This document shows, one piece after another, positions 47,530-57,288 of a stretch of 63,231 bases of DNA. Position 1 is the first letter of the stretch; the number at the start of each line of letters is the position of its first letter. A program made the translations under genes and the position numbers. The DNA lies in contig JACRLY010000035.1 of the NCBI GenBank assembly GCA_016219595.1, positions 1 to 63,231 on the forward strand, read 5' to 3'. The DNA comes from Ignavibacteriota bacterium. Its GTDB lineage: Bacteria > Bacteroidota > Ignavibacteria > Kapaibacteriales > UBA2268. The notes beneath the pieces are model-generated. The model had not been told where the DNA came from. It saw only the letters and a program-made list of their open reading frames with translations, and did no database searches.

Positions 47530-48771
47530 TTAATCCAAAAAATGTACAAACAAGCCATCCCTCAGCTTTGGCTCAAACCATGTTGACTTGGGAGGCATAA
47601 TTTTTCCTGCATCAGCGATTTTCATTAATTCATCAACCGAAGTCGGGTACATAGCAAATGCAAGTTTCATCTCACCTGAATTAACTCGACGTTCCAGTTC
47701 CTCTAATCCCCTGATACCGCCGACAAAGTCAATTCGCTTGCTTGTCCGAGGGTCATCAATACCGAGTAGTTCATCATTAACATACTTTTGCAGTATTGCT
47801 ACATCCAGACTATCCACAGGGTCGGGATTTTTCAATAAATCATCATTAATTTTCAGGCAATACCATTTACTGTCAATGTACATACCGATTTCACCTTTTT
47901 TAGCAGGTTTGAACTTCGATGGCATTTCAGTTATTGAAAAATGTTTTTTCAGCTTTTCAAAAAATTCTTGTTTTGATGAATTATTCAGGTCTTTTATAAC
48001 GCGGTTATAATCCATTATATAAAGATGACTCGCAGGAAACAAAACAGCAAGGAAGAAATTATATTCTTCATTGCCTTTGTGATTTGGATTTGCTTTTTGT
48101 TTTTCCCTTCCTACAATTCCTGCAGCAGCAGAACGGTGATGCCCATCAGCTACATAAAAGTTAGGCACTGAAGCTAATATAGTACTTATTTTTTCAATAT
48201 ACTCTTTGTCCTTTATAACCCAACACCTATGACGAATTCCATCAAGTGAAACAAAATCAATTTCTGGTGGATTACTTGATATTTTGGTAACAAATTTATT
48301 AATATCATCATTATCCCTATATGTTAAAAATATTGGACCGGAATGTGAATTAGTTACTCTAACATGATTTGACCTGTCTTCTTCTTTATCCTTACGTGTT
48401 TTTTCATGTTTCTTAATTACATCGTTCCAATAATCATCGACTGAGGCACATCCTACTAAACCGTATTGTGTCCTGCCATCCATAGTTTGAGCATAAACAT
48501 AAAAATAAGGTTCAGGGTCTTCTTTCAGAATTCCATCGTTAATCAACTTCCATAAATTCTCTTTTCCTTTTGCATAAACCTGAGGGTCATACAGATTAAC
48601 ACTTGGGTCTAAATCAATTTCAGGTTTTCCAACGTGTAAAAAGGACAATGGATGTCCTTTAACTTCTTCTCTCGCTTCATTCGAATTCAAAACATCATAT
48701 GGTTTGGCAGCTACTCCCAGTGCATATTGGGGAAGCGGTCTGAATGCTTTGAACGGTCTAAAAATCGCCAT
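47530..48771 (-). CDS. DUF1015-family protein
   Basis: MAIFRPFKAFRPLPQYALGVAAKPYDV... and ...YVADGHHRSAAA... are hallmark DUF1015 motifs. Confidence 0.8.
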   Translation of the reverse strand: MAIFRPFKAFRPLPQYALGVAAKPYDVLNSNEAREEVKGHPLSFLHVGKPEIDLDPSVNLYDPQVYAKGKENLWKLINDGILKEDPEPYFYVYAQTMDGRTQYGLVGCASVDDYWNDVIKKHEKTRKDKEEDRSNHVRVTNSHSGPIFLTYRDNDDINKFVTKISSNPPEIDFVSLDGIRHRCWVIKDKEYIEKISTILASVPNFYVADGHHRSAAAGIVGREKQKANPNHKGNEEYNFFLAVLFPASHLYIMDYNRVIKDLNNSSKQEFFEKLKKHFSITEMPSKFKPAKKGEIGMYIDSKWYCLKINDDLLKNPDPVDSLDVAILQKYVNDELLGIDDPRTSKRIDFVGGIRGLEELERRVNSGEMKLAFAMYPTSVDELMKIADAGKIMPPKSTWFEPKLRDGLFVHFLD

Positions 48772-48817
48772 CTAATCTACCTTTTTAATTAACTAAATAC
48801 AAATTTTATACTATTAA

Positions 48818-48919
48818 GTCATTCTGAGTGAATCGAAGAATCTCGTTTTGCTTAATTTATGTCTCCATTCTCAAAAGGAGATAAAAGGATTTTAGATTCT
48901 TCACTTCGTTCAGAATGAC
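48818..48919. repeat. Palindromic REP-like element (26-nt arms, nested inner hairpin)
   Basis: gtcattctgagtgaatcgaagaatct (48818-48843) versus agattcttcacttcgttcagaatgac (48894-48919), with 4 mismatches. Inner hairpin tctcc-attctcaaaa-ggaga. Confidence 0.8.
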
Positions 48920-48931
48920 ATAATTATTATA

Positions 48932-49837
48932 TTACTTCAATGCTTCTACAACTTTCTGTGCAATTTCTACTCCGACACGCAACTGTGCTTCTTCTGTAGA
49001 TGCACCGATATGTGGAGTAACCGAAACTCTCGGATGATTAATTAATTCTTTTTGTGATTCTGTTGGTGGTTCTGTTTCAAATACATCAATACCTGCGGCG
49101 GAAACAGTTCCGTTATTCAGAGCTATGAGCAAATCTTTTTCAGATACAACTCCACCCCTTGCACAATTTATGAGAATCACGCCTTTTTTCATTTTTGCAA
49201 ATTCAGGTGCAGCAATAGCCGGACCTTCAGATTTAATAAATGGCATGTGCATTGAAATGAAGTCAGATTGAGTTAATAACTCATCTTTCGATAGCAGCTT
49301 GACATCCAAATCAACTGAAGTAATAAACGGGTCAAAAGCAATAACAGTCATCCCAAGACCTATGGCTCTCTTAGCTACTTCTTTACCTATATTTCCGATA
49401 CCCATTAAGCCAAGTATTTTTCCTGTAAGCTCAAGACCTTTGGAATATTCTTTTTTGGGCCATTTTCCTTGTCGCATTTCAGTATTGCTCAGGTTTAAAA
49501 ATCTGCAAACTGCAAACATGTGACCTATAGCCAGTTCTGCAACTGAAATAGAAGATGCACCCGGAGTGTTCAACACTTTGATTCCTTTTTCTTTTGCGAA
49601 AGCAACATCAATATTATCGAGTCCGACGCCGCCCCTTGCAATTACTTTCAGATTCTTTCCTGTTTCTATAACTTCTTTGGTTACTTTGGTTGCAGAGCGA
49701 ACCATAATGCAGTCAAAATTGGGAATTTTTTGCAGAAGCTCATCGGGAGTGAATTTCTGATTAACAACTTCATGACTGGCATCTTTCAGAATTTTTTCAC
49801 CGGCAGATTCAATACCATCCGAAATTAAAATTTTCAT
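48932..49837 (-). CDS. serA: D-3-phosphoglycerate dehydrogenase-type 2-hydroxyacid dehydrogenase (short form, no ACT domain)
   Basis: GLMGIGNIGKEV (NAD fold), NCARGGVV and PHIGAST. 301 aa. Confidence 0.75.
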   Translation of the reverse strand: MKILISDGIESAGEKILKDASHEVVNQKFTPDELLQKIPNFDCIMVRSATKVTKEVIETGKNLKVIARGGVGLDNIDVAFAKEKGIKVLNTPGASSISVAELAIGHMFAVCRFLNLSNTEMRQGKWPKKEYSKGLELTGKILGLMGIGNIGKEVAKRAIGLGMTVIAFDPFITSVDLDVKLLSKDELLTQSDFISMHMPFIKSEGPAIAAPEFAKMKKGVILINCARGGVVSEKDLLIALNNGTVSAAGIDVFETEPPTESQKELINHPRVSVTPHIGASTEEAQLRVGVEIAQKVVEALK

Positions 49838-50022
49838 TGATTCTCCTTAAAATATCATTTACAATAAATGAAATAAATTTAGCTCCAAAGTTAAGTAAAA
49901 TCGGAAAGATGAGGAAACATTCTTGACAATTATAGCAGATTATTTTTAAAATCATTGAATACACTTGATTTTTTTATAAAATAATAATAAATTGCGAACG
50001 GCGTCAAATTAATGGAGTGTAA

Positions 50023-50280
50023 ATGCCTGAAATTTGTAGATTTTATGGAATAGTAATAGCCATGTATTTCGATGAACATAATCCACCTCATTTTCATGCG
50101 AGATATGGTGAGTATAATGCTTCTATCTTAATAAATGATTTTTCTGTAAGGGAAGGATGGCTACCACCAAAAGCATTAGGATTAGTTATTGAATGGGCTT
50201 CTCAACATAAAGAGGACTTATTAATGAACTGGAATCTAGCGGCAAATGGAAAAACTTTACATTCAATAGAACCATTATAA
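50023..50280 (+). CDS. DUF4160-family small protein
   Basis: MPEICRFYGIVIAMYFDEHNPPHFHARYGEY... is the DUF4160 signature. Confidence 0.8.
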   Translation: MPEICRFYGIVIAMYFDEHNPPHFHARYGEYNASILINDFSVREGWLPPKALGLVIEWASQHKEDLLMNWNLAANGKTLHSIEPL

Positions 50281-50292
50281 AAGGAATTAATT

Positions 50293-50556
50293 ATGCATGA
50301 TATAATTGAAGCGAAATATATAGAAAATTATAAACTCCACATTTATTTCAAAAATGGTGTTGATGGAGTCTTCGATTTTGAAGATTACAAATACAGAGAC
50401 GGATTGTTTTCAAATTTCAAAGATTTGAATTATTTCAAAGATTTCAAAATTAATAAGGATATTGGTACAATTTGCTGGCATGGTGATTTGGATATAGCAC
50501 CTGATACACTTTATTATAAAATATCTAATGAACCATTGCCTGAATGGATTGAATAA
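50293..50556 (+). CDS. DUF2442-family small protein
   Basis: ...KLHIYFKNGVDGVFDFE...ICWHGDLDIAPDTLY... Usual partner of DUF4160; 12-nt gap between the two. Confidence 0.75.
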   Translation: MHDIIEAKYIENYKLHIYFKNGVDGVFDFEDYKYRDGLFSNFKDLNYFKDFKINKDIGTICWHGDLDIAPDTLYYKISNEPLPEWIE

Positions 50557-50577
50557 TTAAATTCCGGGAAATAAGTT

Positions 50578-50856
50578 ATGGAAAAAATGACTATTAAAAA
50601 GCTATTTAAACCAGCTAAACGTGATTTAGGTCAGTTATATTTAATTTGTTTTTATCTTCTATTCATATTAATAATTACTAACACTATAGTCGGTGCAGAA
50701 GAAAAATTAAAGGATTCATACATCATTTTTGGCTTTTTATTGCTTAATATCGGTTATCAAATTGGTAAAAACAGAGAAAGTATCCATTACTTTTTTATGA
50801 AAATCAAATCAAAGTTAACTGGAAAATCAAAAGAAATTCCTCATATTAATCAATGA
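50578..50856 (+). CDS. Hypothetical small membrane protein
   Basis: 92 aa with two hydrophobic segments. Overlaps the convergent TauE gene's 3' end by 11 nt. Weak support. Confidence 0.35.
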   Translation: MEKMTIKKLFKPAKRDLGQLYLICFYLLFILIITNTIVGAEEKLKDSYIIFGFLLLNIGYQIGKNRESIHYFFMKIKSKLTGKSKEIPHINQ

Positions 50857-51589
50857 TTTTTATTATTGATTGAATTAATAATACAAATCCGATTCCAATT
50901 AAAAAGTAGTAAATCAGCTTTTCGAATTTTTCTGCAGGAATTATTTTATTAAAATAATTACCGATAATAGTTGCCAACAGAACTAAGGGTAAAGCATAAA
51001 TCATAATATGAAATACCATACCTGTCCATAAACCTGCAAAACCATGCCCAATAATAATAAACAAATTCGTAGGCAGAAATACCCCCTGCAAAAGTAAACG
51101 AAACTCTTCGGGTGTCCATTTCCTTAGAGTACCATACATTATAATCGGTGGACCGTTAGTATTGTAAGCACTACCTAAAATACCCGAAACTATTCCAAAA
51201 GCAAATGCGGACTTATTAGTTTTTAGGTATAGATGCGGATAAGTTAAGCTGAATATAGAATAAACAATTAATATAAAAGCAAGAACAATCTTAACAATAT
51301 TTTCATTAATACTTTTCAGGAAAAACAAACCGATTGGAATACCGATTATAGAGAATATCACCAATTGCCAGATTTTTTTTAAATCCTGTTTTTTTCTTTT
51401 TTTTATAAAAATAAAAATTGATACAGTAAATCCCATAAAAGCAACAATTGGAGTCGTAATTTTAATATTGATTAAGAGTGCAAGCAATGGCATGGCAATC
51501 AATGCATCTCCAAAACCGAAAGTTGCACGGTATAGTGATGCGGCAAATATTATTATTAAAACAATAATTATAACTGTGTTCCCATCCAT
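50846..51589 (-). CDS. TauE/SafE-family anion (sulfite) exporter
   Basis: 247 aa with about 7-8 hydrophobic helices. N-terminal ...FGFGDALIAMPLLAL... motif. Confidence 0.7.
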   Translation of the reverse strand: MDGNTVIIIVLIIIFAASLYRATFGFGDALIAMPLLALLINIKITTPIVAFMGFTVSIFIFIKKRKKQDLKKIWQLVIFSIIGIPIGLFFLKSINENIVKIVLAFILIVYSIFSLTYPHLYLKTNKSAFAFGIVSGILGSAYNTNGPPIIMYGTLRKWTPEEFRLLLQGVFLPTNLFIIIGHGFAGLWTGMVFHIMIYALPLVLLATIIGNYFNKIIPAEKFEKLIYYFLIGIGFVLLIQSIIKIID

Positions 51590-51725
51590 ATCGTAAATTT
51601 AGTTAATTTTTGAAAAATTCGACAGTATGACTATCAAAATATTAATAAATTATCTTAACTTTGCTTTATTAAATACGTATAAAACATTATTAGTTAACGA
51701 TATTTGACAAGGAGATTGAATTTTT

Positions 51726-52808
51726 ATGAAAAGAGCTTATAATTTTAGTGCTGGTCCTGCTATATTACCGATTCCTGTATTAGAGGAAACTGCTAAGGCA
51801 GTAGTTGATTATAATAATACAGGCATGTCTATTATGGAGATGAGTCACCGTTCCAAAGAATATGATGCTGTATTTGTCGAAACACAGAATGATGGATTGA
51901 AAATACTCGGTTTATCACCGGAAGAATATCATGTATTGTTTCTTGGAGGTGGAGCCAGCTTACAGTTTTTAATGGTCCCGATGAATTTTTTAAATAAAAA
52001 AGCTGATTATGTTTCAACTGGAGTTTGGGCAAAAAAAGCAATTAAGGAAGCGAAATGGGTAGGGGAGACTAATATAGTAGCCTCATCTGAAGACAAGAAT
52101 TTCAATTATATACCAAAGGTTGTGAAATTCAATCCAGATGCAGACTATGCCCATATCACAACAAATAATACAATATACGGCACAAGATGGTCAAAAATGC
52201 CGGATGCCGGAAATGTACCATTAGTGTCAGATATGTCATCGGATTTTATGAGCCGTCCGCTCGATTATTCTAAGTTTAGTCTCATATATGCAGGAGCACA
52301 AAAGAATATTGGACCTGCTGGGGTAACAATGGTAATAATAAAAAAATCGTTTCTTGAAAAGCAGAAGGAGAATGTTCCGACAATGCTTTCCTATAAGACT
52401 CATACAGATGCTAATTCGATGTTTAATACTCCTCCATGTTTACCTGTTTATATTGTCGGCAGAACATTCAAGTGGATTATGGCACAAGGGGGATTGGAAG
52501 CCATTGAACAAAATAATTTTAAAAAGGCATACATACTCTATGATTATATGGATGCTCATTCTGATTTTTATAAAGGAACTGTGACAAACAAAGAAGACCG
52601 TTCACTTATGAACATCACCTGGAATTTGAATACACCGGAACTCGAAGCAAAATTCGTTGAAGAAGCAAAAAAGAGGTACAATATGACAAATCTCAAAGGT
52701 CATAGAAGTGTTGGAGGAATAAGGGCATCGGTATATAATGCTTGCCCATTGGAAGCAGTTGAAGCATTGGTGAAATTTATGGAAGAATTCATGAAAGAGA
52801 ATAAGTAA
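51726..52808 (+). CDS. serC: Phosphoserine aminotransferase
   Basis: MKRAYNFSAGPAILP..., ...SHRSKE..., ...YAGAQKNIGPAG (PLP lysine). Confidence 0.92.
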   Translation: MKRAYNFSAGPAILPIPVLEETAKAVVDYNNTGMSIMEMSHRSKEYDAVFVETQNDGLKILGLSPEEYHVLFLGGGASLQFLMVPMNFLNKKADYVSTGVWAKKAIKEAKWVGETNIVASSEDKNFNYIPKVVKFNPDADYAHITTNNTIYGTRWSKMPDAGNVPLVSDMSSDFMSRPLDYSKFSLIYAGAQKNIGPAGVTMVIIKKSFLEKQKENVPTMLSYKTHTDANSMFNTPPCLPVYIVGRTFKWIMAQGGLEAIEQNNFKKAYILYDYMDAHSDFYKGTVTNKEDRSLMNITWNLNTPELEAKFVEEAKKRYNMTNLKGHRSVGGIRASVYNACPLEAVEALVKFMEEFMKENK

Positions 52809-52831
52809 TTTTTTTTATTTCGAAATGTAAA

Positions 52832-52870
52832 AATGTAGGGATACTCTGAAGTTTCCCTACATTTTTTTTT
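52832..52870 (+). terminator. Rho-independent terminator after serC; the stem contains the stop codon of the convergent gene
   Basis: aatgtaggga-tactctgaagtt-tccctacatt plus T9. The minus-strand TAG (52857-52859) lies inside the 3' arm. Confidence 0.8.
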
Positions 52871-54311
52871 CTTTTTCAATTGCTAAATGTTTATTTATAG
52901 CACCATAAAATGTAGTTCTCAATGGTGTTTTAACTAACTGTACTGTAAAAATTTTACCACCTTGTTTAATAATTGTTAAATTAATGATTGAAAAAATCAT
53001 TCCCATAGGCAGCCAAAGAGAATCTCTCACAAGATTGTTTCCTGTTATGAAATTAATCAGTACCTGGTGAAGCAATAAATAGAATAATAAACCGATAAGC
53101 CGTTTTTGGTTAGGTTCTAAATATTCAAATATTTTTTTATTCGTTATATACTTTGAAGTAATAATCAATAATGATATAAACATACCGGTAAATGATATAA
53201 ATCCTATCAATCCCAGCTCAGCAAGAGCAGTAAAAGAAGAAAAATCATTGAATTTAAGTCCCTGTTTTTTATCGTAAGAAATTAGTCCCATTCCAATTCC
53301 ATTTATAGGATGTTCTTTCCAAATATTTATACTTCTTTCTGCGGTACTTACTCTGCCGTATATTGATTCTCCTTCCATACCTTCTTTTTTCACGGAGCCA
53401 TAATTTATAATTCCTTCAATCCTGTTTTGAAATAATCCGGCTACGCTAACCCCTGAAAATTTTGTAACAATAGAATCCGTTAAAAAAATTATTATTATTG
53501 ATGAAAATATTACAATAATCAGCGGAATAAGTCTTTTGAAACTCTCAAGTAGAAATATCCCTGTTAAGATTAGAACAATTCCTATGAAACCTGTCATTGA
53601 AAATGTAAGGAACAATCCGGTTAATGTTGTAATAAATAGAATTACATTTAATATTTTGGACTGAAAAAATGATTTAGTCTTCTGAATATACGGAATTAAT
53701 AAAAATGAGAAAATGATGACATTAAATGAAGCCAATGCCGAAGGTTCGGGAAATATGGATGTAGCCCTGAAAAAATCACCATAATGCAAACTCAGCTGTT
53801 TTACAAGGTCAACATCTATAGTACCTCTTACACCCATACTAATATTAGTGAAATCGAGCCATGCGAGAGGCAAATCATAAGCACGTGCCGGTATTTGGTA
53901 TATCCCGAATATATTAATGAAAATCGAAAGAATAAGCCACATTTTAATAACATTAGTCCATATCTCTGTTTTGATTTGAAATGAAAGGGCTATGAATACG
54001 AAAAATCCTAGAAAAATTATGTGAATTGATGTTTTAATAAATTGGGATACTTGTGGTGCGGAACCATTTAATAAAGGAGTAAAACCGGATAACAATACTG
54101 CTGCCAATAATCCAAAGAAAAAATAAATTGCAGTATGCCAACCTATTAAAAGTTTTTCGCCATTCCAGATAATTCTTTTTATAAAATAAAAATAAAATAA
54201 TAATGTAATCAAATCCAATGAAGTAACACCGTATTGTCCGGCTAAAGGAAATACCTGGTAATTGTATAAAAATACAGTGAAAAACATTAATATTATACAA
54301 AATTGAGTCAT
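52857..54311 (-). CDS. O-antigen ligase/polymerase-like (Wzy_C-type) polytopic membrane protein
   Basis: 484 aa, 10 or more hydrophobic helices, with one larger loop (...GRVSTAERSINIWKEHPINGIGMG...) typical of WaaL/Wzy_C proteins. Confidence 0.6.
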   Translation of the reverse strand: MTQFCIILMFFTVFLYNYQVFPLAGQYGVTSLDLITLLFYFYFIKRIIWNGEKLLIGWHTAIYFFFGLLAAVLLSGFTPLLNGSAPQVSQFIKTSIHIIFLGFFVFIALSFQIKTEIWTNVIKMWLILSIFINIFGIYQIPARAYDLPLAWLDFTNISMGVRGTIDVDLVKQLSLHYGDFFRATSIFPEPSALASFNVIIFSFLLIPYIQKTKSFFQSKILNVILFITTLTGLFLTFSMTGFIGIVLILTGIFLLESFKRLIPLIIVIFSSIIIIFLTDSIVTKFSGVSVAGLFQNRIEGIINYGSVKKEGMEGESIYGRVSTAERSINIWKEHPINGIGMGLISYDKKQGLKFNDFSSFTALAELGLIGFISFTGMFISLLIITSKYITNKKIFEYLEPNQKRLIGLLFYLLLHQVLINFITGNNLVRDSLWLPMGMIFSIINLTIIKQGGKIFTVQLVKTPLRTTFYGAINKHLAIEKEKKM

Positions 54312-54351
54312 ATTATCAAAGAGTTATAATAATTTCATATTTAACGACGAA

Positions 54352-55875
54352 TCAATTTGATTTTTTATGATATAAAAAGAAATCACCGTAATGACCTACT
54401 ATTTTCCAACCGGTTTTTTCAGGATTTTTACCAAGATAAGACTCTGCGTAAAATTTCCAATCGCATAGCCATTCAACTTTTTTTATAGACAGATATTCCG
54501 GAACTTTGTTATTGAATTTTAAAATATCGGTGTTCACTTTTCCATCAAGATTAATCACTTTTTTCCTGAAAAATCCCAGTGTGCCGCTTTGACCGGCTGC
54601 TACATAATCTGATTTCGGCACCATATCATTCACTAAAGTAAGCTGATGTTTATAGAATTGACTTTTATTCATCAGTTTCCCGGAAAATATTGTAGCTGAA
54701 ATCGTAATTGTTCCCAGTGTTATTAATGTTGTAATAGTGATAAATGTTTTCTTATTATTTATAAACAAATAACTGATGAAAATAGCTGTTAGAATCAAAC
54801 CTATAATTGATAATGGGCACAAGTATCTTTGATAGAAATGGGAAGCAGATGACAAAAAGAAATAATAAAGTGTCAAAATTATAGAATATATAATAAGTAA
54901 TTTTAAAGCCTCGATAATTCTTTTATTTTGAACACCATTCTCATTTAATTTCTTAATGAATCCCGGTAATTTCAATTTAATAAAAAGTAAAAGAAAGGCA
55001 GATAACAATGTTCTGATAATGATACCTCCCCAACCGCCAAAAGTAAATCTGTCAAAGGAATATGAATTCGGTACTAAATTTTGTACTACGGCACTTATTA
55101 TATTATAAATTCTTGCCATATTCAATTCAAATCCAAATTGAGCCTGTCCGCTGGTAGGCATAATTGAATTGAAATAATGATAATTGAAGTACCACCAAGG
55201 AGAAGAAATTACGAATGTAATCAAGCCTGATATCAATGCAAAAGACAATCTCTTTTTAAAAACAATTTCTTTGTATGATAATAAATAAATAAAAAATATT
55301 AAGACTAATAATACTGTATCGATTCTTGTTATAACAAGTAATCCCAGTATTATCCCTAATACTATTATATTTTTAAAATTAAATATTTCAATTTTCTGAT
55401 AATACCTGATAAATATTAAAATTAAAAGTAAAAGTAATCCTGTCTCAAGTCCGTTCAATTGATTTTTGAAAAATAGAGTTGCTGATATGTACACTAAAAA
55501 AGAAATCCAAAATAATTCCTGTCTTCCAATTTTAAGTACTTCATAAAATGAATCTCTGATAATTACAGCAAATAAATATGCAGAAATAGCGAAAAGCAAC
55601 ATTAATAAAATAAAAATTATTCTAATCGACAAGTAATCATTATTAGTTATAGCAAAAGCAGGTACTATCATGAAAGTAAATAATGGCTGGAACCCATTTG
55701 TAAGGGATTCCCCGTCTGCACTTATATTGTTCCCATTTGCTAAATTCTTTGCAACAGAAAAAGTATAATAAGCATCTTCAATAATCGGGTGGTCAATTAT
55801 TGACTTCCCACTTCTGAATGACAAAGAAAACAATGCAATGAAAACTATTATTGATAGAATTTTAATATAATTCAT
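54352..55875 (-). CDS. GT-C-fold membrane glycosyltransferase-like protein (ArnT/PMT-like)
   Basis: 507 aa, polytopic. The first loop, ...IIEDAYYTFSVAKNLANGN...TNGFQPL..., resembles the acidic first-loop motif of GT-C enzymes. Soluble C-terminal ~110 aa. Confidence 0.45.
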   Translation of the reverse strand: MNYIKILSIIVFIALFSLSFRSGKSIIDHPIIEDAYYTFSVAKNLANGNNISADGESLTNGFQPLFTFMIVPAFAITNNDYLSIRIIFILLMLLFAISAYLFAVIIRDSFYEVLKIGRQELFWISFLVYISATLFFKNQLNGLETGLLLLLILIFIRYYQKIEIFNFKNIIVLGIILGLLVITRIDTVLLVLIFFIYLLSYKEIVFKKRLSFALISGLITFVISSPWWYFNYHYFNSIMPTSGQAQFGFELNMARIYNIISAVVQNLVPNSYSFDRFTFGGWGGIIIRTLLSAFLLLFIKLKLPGFIKKLNENGVQNKRIIEALKLLIIYSIILTLYYFFLSSASHFYQRYLCPLSIIGLILTAIFISYLFINNKKTFITITTLITLGTITISATIFSGKLMNKSQFYKHQLTLVNDMVPKSDYVAAGQSGTLGFFRKKVINLDGKVNTDILKFNNKVPEYLSIKKVEWLCDWKFYAESYLGKNPEKTGWKIVGHYGDFFLYHKKSN

Positions 55876-55940
55876 TTTCTGAACCGGAATTATTATTTAA
55901 CAATTAGATTTCATTTGTTTTATTTCTCAATTTATAAACA

Positions 55941-57188
55941 TTATTTTGAAAATAGCTCCTGGAAAATCAATTGAGCAAGAGTACCAATTATCAGGAAATA
56001 TGACAGAATAAAATAAAATGCATATTTATAAAATTTTCTTGCGTTTTGAAATTTGTTTAAAGTGAATTCATAAAAATATGCGGTCCCTAGAGTTAATAAT
56101 ACAATGATAACCGATATAATTATTGACGGCACAATAGAAATTGATTTTGGATAAATCCTTGCCACACTCGGAAACCATCCTGTCCCGAATAAAAATATAA
56201 GATGTGCGACATAGATGAACAGTGCTTTTTTGCCGAAAAAAGCATAGTAAAATGATATTTTTTTTGTGAACGTGAAGATTATAGCCGCAAAAGCAAGGAC
56301 TACGAATACTACACCAATTTGATTCAATATGATACCGGGATTGACTTTATCGAGTACTTTGAATGGCATATCATATTTGAAAAAATCAGTGATTAGAAAA
56401 CTTGGTACCAGGAAACCTGCTCCAATCGGAACACCAGCCCATATCAAAAATTTTGTTCTTTTTTCAGGATTCATTTGTTTCAATAATGTACCGAAAGTAA
56501 CTCCGTACAACATAAATCCTGTATAAGGAAACACAGGGAACATGGAACCATGTTCGGTAGAGAGGTAAGATGCAAAAAATTCAGGCATATAATTAAACCA
56601 GTTGATACTGTGTATGAATGGAGAAGATATCGTTATTATTACTGCTAAAATGAAAGCTGTAATTCCCAATGATTTATCAGTCTTAGTTATTAAAAACAAA
56701 GAAAGAACAAATAATAAAGAGAATCCAATTAATTGTAAGATATTTACCTGGAAGAAAGGTTTCCATAGTTTAGCTTCGATAAAAAATGCATCGAAAAATG
56801 AATATGCAGGAAACATAAACAGGTATCCGATAACAGTAAGAATTAATGCTATTTTAATTCTTCTGATAATAGTTTTATTTTGCAGCTTGCCATTTTCATC
56901 TCTTTTATTTGCAAAAACATGGACAGCTCCTGAAACAGTCAGAAAAATCGGTGCTGTAAATCTTCTTATATAATGCCATAAATTCCATGGAAATTGTGTA
57001 ATGTCCAATTCGGCAGGTGTTGCAATTGCATCGAGTGAATGCCCCATTATCATTGTAATCATAGCCAATAGCCTGGCAAGATCCAATGAAGTTATTCGCT
57101 GTGATGAAAGCAGTTTTGCTTTTATATTTTTATTTTTATATTCTTTTACCTCTTCAGGTTTAAGAATATCTTGAATTTCTTCCGACAT
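55941..57188 (-). CDS. DUF1624 / heparan-alpha-glucosaminide N-acetyltransferase-like membrane acyltransferase
   Basis: ...RITSLDLARLLAMITMIMGHSLDA... near the N-terminus, followed by about 10 helices. Confidence 0.5.
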   Translation of the reverse strand: MSEEIQDILKPEEVKEYKNKNIKAKLLSSQRITSLDLARLLAMITMIMGHSLDAIATPAELDITQFPWNLWHYIRRFTAPIFLTVSGAVHVFANKRDENGKLQNKTIIRRIKIALILTVIGYLFMFPAYSFFDAFFIEAKLWKPFFQVNILQLIGFSLLFVLSLFLITKTDKSLGITAFILAVIITISSPFIHSINWFNYMPEFFASYLSTEHGSMFPVFPYTGFMLYGVTFGTLLKQMNPEKRTKFLIWAGVPIGAGFLVPSFLITDFFKYDMPFKVLDKVNPGIILNQIGVVFVVLAFAAIIFTFTKKISFYYAFFGKKALFIYVAHLIFLFGTGWFPSVARIYPKSISIVPSIIISVIIVLLTLGTAYFYEFTLNKFQNARKFYKYAFYFILSYFLIIGTLAQLIFQELFSK

Positions 57189-57213
57189 CTATACTTAAAT
57201 AAATTTTGATAAT

Positions 57214-57244
57214 AAAAATAAAAGGACAGAACTAAGTTCTGTCC
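57214..57244 (-). terminator. Terminator after the nfnB-like gene
   Basis: ggacagaac-taa-gttctgtcc (9 bp), followed on the minus strand by a T-rich run. Confidence 0.7.
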
Positions 57245-57288
57245 AAATTAATAAAAATATTATATTATTCAATATCAATGATTTTTGT

